Assembly (NCBI GenBank): GCA_964016885.1 | Contig: OZ024741.1 | Coordinates: forward strand, 187,054,001-187,118,000 | From: Eledone cirrhosa | Lineage: Eukaryota | Reading direction: 5' to 3' | Length of the DNA: 64,000 bases | Shown here: positions 52,306 to 64,000 of the stretch, piece by piece | Layout: the number at the start of each line of letters is the position of its first letter | How positions within the stretch are numbered: position 1 is the stretch's first letter | Program-made: the position numbers and the translations under genes | Notes under the pieces: generated by a model | Seen by the model: only the letters and a program-made list of their open reading frames with translations | Told to the model about the DNA's origin: nothing | Database searches by the model: none

Positions 52306-52609
52306 TTATAGGTTTGCATATGTTTTTTACCTATATTAAAAAAAAAACCAATTCCATATCAATATATCAGAAAGAACGTATACTGTGTATATTATACTGG
52401 GGAGGGAAGAGTTGTCTAATATTTGATGGACATGGGTGACAAATTCATACATATTTCAATCTTGTTAAGCCTCCCAGTGAAGCACTGTGATTTTATAATG
52501 GAGGGAAACCAAAGAGAATATATGTATGTACGTTGGTTAGTATTGAAAGTATTATAGATTTCTGACATCAACATATGAGAATACATTTGGTGAGGCAGGA
52601 ATATCCGAT

Positions 52610-52770
52610 TATATTTATTTGAGTATGTCTGCTAGATTTTTAACGACAGTAGAATCTGAAAGGTTGAAAAGTGGAGTTGAAATCGGCTGGAATTGAACTC
52701 AGAATATCAAATAATAATAACTAAATGATGCATATCCTTTTGCCCACAGTCATACGGATCTATCCAACTA
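52610..52770 (-). mobile_element. Old, degenerate tRNA-SINE
   Basis: Reverse complement contains TTCTGAGTTCAATTCCAGCCG and a decayed core. Confidence 0.5.
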
Positions 52771-53150
52771 GCATTTAATTTACGCTCGGGAAAATGATAA
52801 TAATGTATATTCGTTAATACAAATTAAACGAGTGAGGCTTTAATAAAAATATATCCAAACATTCATCGGTGTTTAAAGAATAGGTTGCAAAATTGGAACA
52901 AAGCAAACGAAGAAGGAGGAAAATGATCAAAGGTATCTGTATATGAAGAATGGTAAATTGGAAATTACAGGTATGAATAAGTTAGATGTAACGAGTTCTT
53001 ATTTGCAGGATCTTATATTACTTGGTTTATTATATGGAATTCCATTTGAATCATAGCTAATATTATACATTATTTAGCATGTATGTATGTCCGTATATAT
53101 GTATGTATGTGTGTGTGTGTGTAAGTATGTAATATGTATGGACGTATGAA

Positions 53151-53302
<152 letters not shown>

Positions 53303-53474
53303 TTGTACGTATATGTGTGTATAACTATATATGCATGAATAATCCCTACAAGTAATTCGGACTTAATCTGCAATCACGTGTAACCAAAGATACTTTGACA
53401 ATATATAATGTCATGAGGTATAAGATGAATAAATTTAATAATGCGCAAGTTTAATAAGTACCATGCATGACTCA

Positions 53475-53619
<145 letters not shown>

Positions 53620-53631
53620 GCGTGTACACAT

Positions 53632-53680
<49 letters not shown>

Positions 53681-53681
53681 T

Positions 53682-53715
<34 letters not shown>

Positions 53716-53795
53716 GGATATATATATATATATATATGGAGTTCAGAAATAGCCGTCGAAACGGCTTGAGCTCTGCCATCGGGGTCATACTTTTT

Positions 53796-53876
<81 letters not shown>

Positions 53877-54544
53877 ATTTTACATTTTCTATTATATATA
53901 AACACACTTCTTAAAGATCGATATTACATTGCACAACAGTTGTATCATTATTGCCTTCTCTCTACCCCCCCCCCCTCACACACACATTCACTTACAATAT
54001 TTCTAACTCGCTCCCACTCTTTCTATCTCTATCTATCTCTGCCTGTCACTCTCTATTTACATATAATTCACTTTCCTTCTACTTTGTGTCTTTCATTCTT
54101 ATCATTTTATCCACTATTCACCGGCACAAAATTGAATCTCTCTACGAAAGAGGGAAAGTATTGTTGATATACAAATATACAATCTTTCCCTTTCATCTAA
54201 CAAATTCGTTGTTCTCTCTAACCTGTTATCGGTTACTGTCATTTCTCTAACACCTATACTAATATATTTTCCTTCCAATTCATTCTTCTAAAGACTTGGA
54301 TAAGAAACATTTCTACATGTTTGCATACATTTTTGTAATATCCGGATAGATATTTCTCTTATACATTTGTGCACATACATACACATACACGAACACAATT
54401 GTACACACATACACACACACGCGTACGTACGCACACAGGTGCACATACACACATACACGCACAATTAAATGCGCACACAGATGCACCTACACACATACAT
54501 ACGCACATACGCATACACATATATATATGTGCGCCAGTGTGCGT

Positions 54545-54612
<68 letters not shown>

Positions 54613-54710
54613 TTGTGTATGTGTGAGTGAATATGTATATGTGCTCCTGTGTGCGCATGTACGTATGCAAGTATGTTTGCATGTGTGTATGTATATGTAC
54701 ATATATATAA

Positions 54711-54741
<31 letters not shown>

Positions 54742-54745
54742 TATA

Positions 54746-54845
54746 CATGGTGTCCCAAAACATGTATACACACTTCAACAGCATTCTAATAAATATTGCC
54801 TGTACAGGTAATCAAAGTGTGTACACATATTTTGGGGATACCCTG
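54746..54845. mobile_element. 100-bp Tc1/mariner-type MITE
   Basis: TA|CATGGTGTCCCAAAACATGTATACACACTT ... AAGTGTGTACACATATTTTGGGGATACCCTG|TA, with ~30-bp imperfect TIRs. Confidence 0.8.
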
Positions 54846-55092
54846 TATATATGTTTGTGTGTGGAGGTGGGGGTGTAAGTGTTTGTGCATGTATTTAGGT
54901 GTGTTTATACATCTAGAATGTCATATTAATCTCAGGATTACCCTGGTAAGTAGTACACAGGATTCAATACGAGGAAATTACAAATATTTCCTTCCTTTAC
55001 TTTTAGATGTTTTACAGAAGTGCTTTTGTTTCGAATATCTATTAACATACGTTATACTCAGAAGCATTTAATATATGTATGTATGTATGTAT

Positions 55093-55700
55093 GTCAGGTC
55101 ACCAGTTGGTGTTACTGGTAACACGTATCCTAGTACAACCTGTCTCATGGTCGGGTCGTTGGCGACTAAACTGGCAACCCCACCAAGGTTTCTTGGTGAG
55201 GAGGGTGACTTTGGACATCCTGCAGGACTAAAAACAAAACCTGTCAAAGGGCAAAGGAGCTCTTAAGAGTCAATGGCCATCCAAAATCACCGGGAGAGAT
55301 GACCCCTTAGCCTTTGTCAAGGCAGAATTCTAGGAGAAGGAAAACTCTGATATAACACCTGCAACCCTGATGGTATCCAATGATGTTGACTTGTTCTTCT
55401 TTTTGGTAAATATCATATTGGTTAAGAGAGTGGGACTGGCTTTGTGCAGTGCCTTTGCTCACTATAAAAGCTTCGCGGCACAGGCATTGCTTTATATCTG
55501 GAAATCTCTCTGCACTTGTCGTCACATGGTACCATGGGTCCAGCACTATGTGTCAATAATTGTCACAAGTGTAGTGTTTGTACCAGAGTTTTCAAGTCGC
55601 TGGCTGGACTAAAAAGTCACACTCGTTCAGCGCATCGGTAGGAGTTCTCCTACATGGATATAAAGTAGTGGCCATACTCGAAAACGAGTTGGCAGCCACC
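55093..55700 (+). mobile_element. Full-length (608 bp) RTE-derived non-autonomous element
   Basis: Middle part is homologous to the RTE 5'UTR (57545-57775). 3' end resembles the RTE terminus. (ATGT)n on both sides. No pol III A/B boxes seen. Confidence 0.88.
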
Positions 55701-55935
55701 ATGTATGTATGTATGTATGTATGTATGTATGTATGTATGTATGTATGTATGTATGTATGTATGTATGTATGTATGTATGTATGTTAACAGAATTAAAAAT
55801 GTATAAAAAGGGTATACGTATGCAAACAGACACCCGAGGTTATATCAAATATATACACACACACAAAAATAAATGCATATACATAAGTATATACAAACAA
55901 AGTAGGCATACACCCCCACACACATGTACACAGTA

Positions 55936-56135
55936 TTTGGATGACCGTTGACTCTATTTAGTTCCTCCGCCCTTTGTCAAGATTTGTTTTTCATCCCGCA
56001 AGGTGCCCAAATACCCCCCCCCCCTCCTCCCCAAGCAAGCTCGGTGGGGTTGCTGGTTTAGTCGCCGATGACCCGACCATGCAACAGGTTATACTGGGTT
56101 ACATGTTACCTGTAGCGCTCAAGAACAACGTGACA
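55936..56135 (-). mobile_element. Head fragment of a related RTE-type element
   Basis: Homologous to 2288-2477 and 5640-5815. Confidence 0.75.
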
Positions 56136-56147
56136 TACGTATGTATG

Positions 56148-56780
56148 TTTCTCTTTCACTTAATTTCGAGTATATTTTTGACCGGCCACCTTCCTGGTGG
56201 CAAGGTTGTAAAAGAAAAGAAATTGTCATCTCTTGAATCGCAAAAATATTTTGCAAATTTTGAAGGTGCCAGCTATCGCAACCATTTGTAGTCTATGAAT
56301 TAGGGAGCTGCGCTCTTTGTCCACAAATCCAACTTCAGTCAGACTTTGGTCCAAGCGGGCTGGTATATAAGCTGTAGCTCCAATAATGAGGGGTATGAAA
56401 TTGAAGTTGTATCTTGGATACTCGATCTGCATCCTCCTTATCTCGCACCATTCTTACAACAAGAGGGCAGCTGATCTCTACAACAGAGCACGTTTTCAAT
56501 GTGTGGTCCCAAACAATAATATCAGGCCGGTTGTACTTTAATTTTGTGGCAGTTTTTTTTATTTTCAGGTTCCACCAGTATTCCTTCGTGCCATCTATCT
56601 CAACATATTCCTCCTCGTTTATTTTTAATTTTGTTTTCCAAAGTGCGTTCCAGATAGTTCTAGCTATCCCATCGTGTCTCACAGGGAGGTAGTAGCGAGA
56701 CGACATTCTTTCGCAGTTGGCAACAATGTGGCTAACATCTTCGATCTCTGTTTTGCAAAGCTTACATTTATTGTTGACTG
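56148..56780 (-). mobile_element. R4/Dong family B 3' fragment
   Basis: CKLCKTEIEDVSHIVANC, RHD, RPDIIVWD, VVEISCP. (ATGT)n flanks. Confidence 0.92.
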
Positions 56781-56801
56781 ATGTATGTATGTATGTTTGT
56801 A

Positions 56802-56834
<33 letters not shown>

Positions 56835-57061
56835 AGATGTTGGGGTTGAAAACAACACCGGCACTAATGTTTACAGCAACAACAGCTTCAGAATGAAACG
56901 AAATGAACAACATTTACAACAACAACTGACGATAAAAAAAGAAAAAAACAACAATAACACACACACAACACAACAACAACATCAACTGCCACCACCACCA
57001 CCATCCACCGCCGCCATCACGACCACCAGCTATGGGGCCTTAATAAAACAACAACTTTAAT

Positions 57062-57232
57062 AATAATAATTGTTCTGCTTTTGGCACAGAGCCAGCGATT
57101 GTTCCAGCGATTGTTCCAGTGCATTACTGGTGCTCTCTTTTGTTGACTCCGTGGGGATGAAAGGCAAGGTTGACCTCGGCGGGATTTGAGTTCGTAGCGT
57201 GGAGGGCCATAGCTCTATGCTGTAAAGCAATT
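57062..57232 (-). mobile_element. tRNA-derived SINE, diverged
   Basis: Reverse complement has a B-box remnant, the GCCTTTCATCC core and the tail. Confidence 0.7.
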
Positions 57233-57331
57233 ATAATAATACTGAACGGTAACACGAACGGCTTCAATTATACGAACTCTTTCAAAAGTCAAAAGTTTGA
57301 CATAATCTTGTATCAGTAATGACGGTAATAC

Positions 57332-57385
<54 letters not shown>

Positions 57386-57493
57386 GTGAGTAGCGTGTGT
57401 GTGTTTGTTTGTATGCATGAGTGTTGCTGTGTGTGCGTGTGTGTATGTTGTACGTATGAGTGTCAATAAGTGAGTTTTTGTTTTTGTTTCTTT

Positions 57494-60400
57494 TATGCGC
57501 GGGGACATAGAAATAGTCGGGCTGGATACCCGATCGCGCAGTTAAACCACTGGGAGTGAAGGATCCCTAGCCCTTATCAGGGCATTCTTCTAGGAGAAGG
57601 CAACTCAGGAAACTGGGTTAACTCTGACATAAAACCTGCGGCCCACTAGTTACCGATGAGGCTGATCTTTTCTTCTTTCCGAGTTATAGCTACTGTCGCT
57701 CAGAGAGTGGGATTGGCTCAGTGCACAGTCTTTCCTCACTTTAAAAATATTCTTCACGCACAGGCATTGCACGATAGAATTAATTAATAATTATTAATAG
57801 TGCATTATTATTATTATTGTTACTATTATTATTACTTTTTTTTTCCCAATTCAATGATGTTCCAATACAATATAAAAGAGATAATTGGCAATAAGGGTTC
57901 TGGCACAAAAGAGATAATTGGAAATAGGGGCAGGGGCCCCAGATTATCACAGCCTGGGCCTGCTCATCATCGTGCCACTGTAATATAGCCAAACAAGGTA
58001 TTTAGTCCTGGCTGCTGGAATCTACGGACGCTGCTTGATAGGGATTCTTTGGAACGTCCTGAGCGAAATACCGCTCTGGTTGCAAAGGAGCTTCGACGTT
58101 ACGATCTTGACATCGTGGCTTTATCTGAGACGAGGTTAGCTGGAGATGGTCATCTTACAGAATTTTGTGGAGAATATACATTCTTCTGGAAAGGAAGAGA
58201 TGAAGGAACCAGAAGAGAGGCTGGGGTAGCATTTGCTGTTAACACTGCTTTTGTGGATAAATTAGAAGAATTCCCAGTGGGGATTAGTGACCGTCTTATG
58301 TCCATGAGAATTCCGCTGGACAGAGGAAGATATGCGACCCTGGTGGGTGTGTATGCTCCAACTATGAATTCTGTCGATGAAGAAAAAGTGTCCTTTTACC
58401 ATGCCTTGAAATGTGTTTTACGAAATATCCCTCAGCCAGACAAAGTCATCGTGCTTGGTGACTTTAATGCTAGACTGGGTAGGGATTTTAACACATGGAA
58501 TGTAATCGGAAGGCATGGGGTGGGAAAGTGTAACAACAATGGTAAGCTCCTGCTGCAGATGTGTAAGGAGCTGGATCTGTGTGTTACCAACACCATGTTC
58601 CAACAAAAGAACAAATTTAAGACTACATGGATGCATCCTGCATCTAAGGAATGGAATCTTTTGGACTACGACCTTGTCAGGATGCGTGACAGACGGGATG
58701 TGCAGTGTGTTCATGCACTTCGGGCCTGATACGCGCAAAAGTGATCACTAAACGTAAAATCCGGGCTCCTTGTATTACCCTGCCCAGAAGATTGAATGCT
58801 GCTCGTCTTAGGGATAAAAATGTGAAGAGGACATTGCGAGAAGAGATGCAGGTTGCAGATCTTGGTGATGATTGGCCGGCCCTTAAAAAGTCGGTTTATG
58901 ATGTAGGATTGGTGCAGAGAAAACATCAAAACTGGTTTAATGAGAATGATGAACATATAGAAGACTTGTTGGCTGATAAGAAGCGTCCTCTGTCACGCTA
59001 CTTGACAGCAAAACGACAGCAGAAGAATATGTTGCATAAGGAACTCAAGGATGTGAAATCACGTGTTAGGCGGAGTCTTTCTCAGATGAAGGATCAGTGG
59101 TGGAGTGAGAAGGCTGATGAAATACAAACTGCGTCAGATTCCAATAACACAAAGCTGTTGTACAGTCGCTTGCGTGAAGTTTATGGACCGTCTTCTTTTC
59201 TGGTGACAACGCTTCGCAGTAAGGATGGCAAAGAACTTCTTCGTGACTCACAAGGAATTCTACGAAGGTGGCGAGAGCACTTTCATGAACTTTTGAATCA
59301 GCCGTCTGTCGTCAATGAAGATTTCCTCGATCTCATTCCAGAAAATCTTGTGAAAGTAGCTCTCGCAGAACCACCGACGCTTGTGGAGGTTGCAGTAGAT
59401 ATCTCGAAGCTGAACAGTGGAAGGTCTCCAGGTATGGATGGCATACATGCAGAGCTCCTACAATATGGTGGTGAGAGACTTCTGCAACATCTTCACTCTT
59501 TGTTTGGATATGGGCTAATGAATCCGTACCTGAGGACTGGAGAGTTGCAGTAATGGTGGTCTTGGGAAAGGGTAACAGAAATGAATGTGGGAACTACAGA
59601 GGTATATCATTGCTTTCTGTCGTAGGGAAAGTTTTATGTAGGGTACTTCTGGACCGTCTGCTGACACACATTGCAGATTGTGTTCTTCCTGAAAGTCAAT
59701 CTGGTTTTCGTGATGTACTCAGCACTACTGATATAATCTTCTCAGCTAGACAGCTCCAGGAGAAGTGCATGGTACAAGGTTTGGATCTGTATCAGGTTTT
59801 TGTCGATCTGACAAAAGCTTTCGATACTGTTAACAGAAATGCATTATGGAAGGTTGCCCTGATAAGTTCCTTGCTTTAGTTAGGTCTTTCCATAACGGCA
59901 TGAAGGCTTGGGTTAATGTCGGAGGTAACATGTCGGAGCCTATCTCAGTAAAAAAAGGAGTGAAACAGGGGGATATTCCAGCACCGACCCTGTTTGCCAT
60001 ATACTTTGTAATGGTTTTCTGTATTGCATTAAGGAATTGCGAGCATGGTGTTTACATCCAATATCGAACCTCAGGCAGCATATTTAACATCAGGCGCTTT
60101 GCTGCAAAAACAAAAGTATTTACATCAATCATAAGAGACCTTTTGTATGCAGTGAACCAAATATCTATGTGTATGGTAAACGACTTGAAGTGGTTGATCA
60201 GTTTGGCTACCTGGGAAGCACTGTCAATTGATACAGCAACCTTGACAGTGAAATCTCACTTAGGATTAGGAAAGCAAGTGATGCTTTCGAAAAGCTAGAA
60301 AGGCGACTCTGAGGTCGGCGAGACATATGCAAGAAGTCAAAGGTAAAGGTGTACAAGGCATGTGTGCTCTCTTCTCTTCTTTATGCCTGCGAGATCTGGG

Positions 60401-61186
60401 TCACATATCGACACCACCTTAAGCAATTGGAGCGTTTCCATCAGATGTGTCTCAGACGGATCCATAGCATTCACTGAAGGGACCTCATCAGTGATGTCGA
60501 GATTTTGGAAAGCTCTCTGTGTGACAGTATAGAAACTATTGTGTTAAGCAAAGACTCCATTGGAGTGGTCACCTTGCCAGGATGAATGATTCTAGAATAC
60601 CAAAACAACTTTTTTATGGAGAATTAGTTAAAGGAAAACGAACCCCCACATAAACCAAAAAAGAGGTATAATGATTCGTTGAAAGCCTCTTTGAAAGACG
60701 CTAACATCTCTGCTGATACATGGGAAAATCTTGCTGCTGATCGTAATAAATGGAGAAAGACTGTATATGAAGTGAAAGTTGCCTTTGAGGCATCTCAAAT
60801 CGCATACAAGAAAGTAAAGCGGGATGTGAGGAAAGGCATTACTGTTGCACTTCCAGACAGCGAAGGTCTCCCTATGGAACTGACATGCAGCGTCTGTGCG
60901 AGACTCTGCCTAAGCAAAGCTGGACTCGAAAGTCATCTTCGCAGTCATAAAGTGAGACCAGTAGTTGACTACCAGGCTGCTGTTGGAGATGCTGCCCATC
61001 ATACTTGCCAAGCATGGAGTAGAGAATGTAAATCAGCCGGCTATTCCCAGTGAATGTTTTGGTTGCCAACTCTGTGCAAGACACTTTAGATCATTGGCTG
61101 GGCTAAAAGGCCACATTCGATCGCAGCGCTGTTAGTTGCTATCGTGTATGTGTGTGTGTGTGTGTGGATATGTTTGTGTGTGTGTG

Positions 61187-61227
<41 letters not shown>

Positions 61228-61335
61228 ATTATTATTGTTGTTGTTGTTGTCGTTATTATTATTGTTGTTATTATTATCATTATTATTTTTTTTCTCGTGC
61301 AATGGCCATACTCGATAACGAGGGGGCAGCCATCA
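57494..61335 (+). mobile_element. Near full-length RTE (BovB-like) LINE, frameshifted: APE, RT and C-terminal C2H2 fingers
   Basis: ERNTALVAKELRRYDLDIVALSETRL, YAPT, LGDFNARLG, TWMHP.SK.W.LLDY; NYRGISLL, PESQSGFR, FVDLTKAFDTV, GVKQG..APTLF; CSVC...GLESHLRSH. Ends in an (ATGT)n tail. Confidence 0.95.
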
Positions 61336-61385
61336 TGCATGTATGTATATATGTATGTACGAATGAATGTATGTATGTATGTATG

Positions 61386-61910
61386 TTCTGGTTTTATAAA
61401 TCTTATTAATTTTATAATTTTTTGCCAATAGAGAGAGAGTCGGTTTCTAACATAGATACAAGACTCTTTCATTGGAATTCAAACAACATAAAACTAGGTA
61501 GATATATATGCATGTCTGCATGCATGCATGTGTGTGCAGGTATGGATGTTATTGCATGTGTGGATGTGGATGTTTTGAGTTGTATGTATGCATGCGCATA
61601 CGCTTTGTATATGTACAAGTATATATGCAGTTATTACATGCAGAATTGTTGCAATGTTTTACATATTTTTATTGTTCCATTAATGGATTGTACTTGTAAT
61701 TTCCTAACATGTTGTGTTATTTCTGTTTCTGTGAAGCCCAGCTTCTGAAGATTTGTATTGGGGCAGTTACTAACATACCCCAGTGCCCCAATAATCACAG
61801 GTATAAATCTGAGGGTATGAATCTGCAGCTTCCTCATTAGTTCTGCATAGATATTCTATTTTCCGCTAATCTTTAATATTATATTGGCATCTGTTGCGCA
61901 GCTAACTACA
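61386..61910 (-). mobile_element. R4/Dong family A 3' fragment inserted in the RTE (ATGT)n tail
   Basis: Homologous to 9635-10140. Confidence 0.9.
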
Positions 61911-61976
61911 TACTGTATGTATGTATGTATGTATGTATGTATGTATGTATGTATGTATGTATGTATGTATGTATGT

Positions 61977-64000
61977 TTTCTCTTTCTCTTAATTTCGAGT
62001 ATATTTTTTTGACCGGCCACCTTCCTGGTGGCAAGGTTGTAAAAGAAAAGAAATTGTCATCCCTTGAATCGCAAGAATGTTTTGCAAATTTTGAAGGTGC
62101 CAGCTATCGCAGCCATTTGTAGACTATGAATTAGGGAGCTGCGCTTTTTGTCCGCAAATCCAAGTTCAGTTATACTTTGGTCCAAGCGGGTTGGTATATA
62201 ACCCGTAGCTCCTATAATGATGGTATGAAGCTAAAGGTGTATCTTGGATACTGGATTTATAAACTCCTCATCAATGGTCCGTAAATGTCCTCCTTCTCCT
62301 GTATTTTTCTGACAACGTTTACATCAAGAGGGCAGCTGATCTCCACAACAGAACAGGTTTTCAATGTGTGGTCCCAAACAACAATATCAGGCCGGTGGTG
62401 CTTTAATTTGATGGCAGTTTTTATTTTCAGGTTCCACCAGTATTCCTTAGGGCCATCTGTCTCAATATATTCTTCATCGTTTGTTGTTAATTTTGTTTTC
62501 CGAAGTGCGTTCCAGATGGTTCTAGCTATCCCATCGTGTCTCATGGGGAGGTAGTAGCGAGATGACATTCTTTCGCAGCTGGCAACAATGTGGCTTACAT
62601 CCTCGATCTTTGTTTTACATAGCCTACATTTATTGTCAGCTGCTGGCCCTCCTCTTTTGTGCAGCAGATATTTGGTAGGGAGTTCTTGTTCCTGTATTGC
62701 ATAGAGATATCCCTCAAGGTGTGATGTCATAAACTTGTCGGAACTCCATGCCAGGCTTTTTGAGTGGTTTATCCCCTCTATGGTCTGTGTTTTACGCCTC
62801 AAGTATCCATGCACAACTTTTTCTGTAAATTGGTCAATTTTTTTATCTTGTTTGAACATTGAATAGGATCTTCCGATTTCTCTGGGTGAGAGATTTATAT
62901 CAGGCTTTATTCCATATCTCTCCTCCAGATCAGTCGCTATTCTAATAATATTTCTTTTTTCATGCTCATAAACCTGGGCAAGATGGTTGCCAACCTTTTT
63001 CCTCTGTTGAAGGTGTTGTTTCAGTGTTACTATCCGGGTCTCATATGTTGTTAATATTGATTTTAGACCCCGGCGACCTTCCTTGCGTAAGAAATATAGC
63101 CTATCCACATCACCATTGATGTTAAAGTTCCCAGTAACACTGAGAAGTTTGCGAGTTCTAACATCTATCTCACTTAGTTCTTGCAATGACCAGTTCAGTA
63201 GGCCAAATGTTGGCGTTAGAATTGGCACAGCATAAGTATTGTGGGCAATGTATTTGTTGTATGCTGACAGTTCTGATGCCCATATTTTCTTTACTCTTCT
63301 GAGGTATTCAGTTCTGGTTCTCTCCTTATTTATGGGTCCATCATATCTGACATTCTCATCCTGTCCAAGATATCTGTAGTTGTCACCTGACTGCAGAGGT
63401 TGTATTTTCAGGCCGTTCATCTCTAGATTTCTAGAGGAGGGCACAGCTCTTCCACGTTTTACTGCCAAATATGCACACTTGGACTCACCAAATTTCATTT
63501 TGATGTCGGTTGAAAATTGTGTAATGAGGTCCAATTGTTTCTTGATGTCATTGATATTTGGCCCATACAACTTCAGGTCATCAACAAAGAAAAGATGGGA
63601 GATACTTCTGAGCCCACTTCTTTGTCCACCTTGTTTCCTGAGTTGGTAAGATAGTGGATTCAGTGAGAGACGAAGAGTAGCACTGACAAGCTATCACCCT
63701 GAAAGATGCCCTTCTGGTAATGTATCTTATCAGTCTTAACCTGCTCCTTCTCACCTCTAAGGATCAAATTGGTGTACCAGTTCTTGGTCAGGCGTTCAAC
63801 AGCAGCTACCAATGGTTGTGGGACTTTAGCTAACTGTAAAGCCTTAATAATCCACCCATGAGGTACACTATCAAATACTTTTTGATAGTCCAGCCACACC
63901 ACAGTCATGTTTCTGCGATTCTTTGTTATTTTTTCCTGAATCATTTTGTTAGTAGGTGATCTATGCAATCCCACACCTCCCTCTTTCCACCAGCTTGCTC
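61977..64000 (-). mobile_element. R4/Dong family B (RT, CCHC, RLE); runs off the window end
   Basis: WLDYQK.FDSVPH, GIFQGDSLS, HLFFVDDLK, YRYLG, CRLC..HIVASC, RHD, RPDI, VVEISCP. Confidence 0.95.

Noticed and set aside
55110-55210. Canonical HDV-like or twister ribozyme in the RTE head
   Set aside because: The putative P2 pairing is not maintained among copies, P1 is not found, and the twister L4 motif is missing. Kept only as an unassigned structured RNA.

Overview
AT-rich, microsatellite-saturated eukaryotic (animal) DNA. The repeat content resembles a coleoid cephalopod such as Octopus, which is an inference. No intact host gene is recognisable, and most short ORFs in the track are translated microsatellites. 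The window is almost entirely decayed transposable elements: a Helitron-like 3' end, at least four R4/Dong-clade RLE LINE families, CRE-type RLE fragments, Tx1/L1-clade LINEs, an RTE LINE with non-autonomous derivatives, a tRNA-derived SINE family, two Penelope-like (RT + GIY-YIG) elements, an L2 relic, a Chapaev3-like DNA transposon, a 100-bp MITE and a 2.7-kb minisatellite of 23-bp units. Main pattern: two parallel microsatellite-anchored groups of retroelements. At (ATT)n tracts, Tx1 and tRNA-SINE copies lie in one orientation and Dong-like copies in the opposite one. At (ATGT)n tracts, RTE and its derivatives lie in one orientation and other Dong-like families in the opposite one. The tRNA-SINE appears to share its 3' tail with Tx1. 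Several type I hammerhead ribozyme motifs occur, including one with a ~100-nt stem II and two with a variant core, and several sit in long fold-back palindromes. Family assignments come from motifs recognised by eye, not from database searches.
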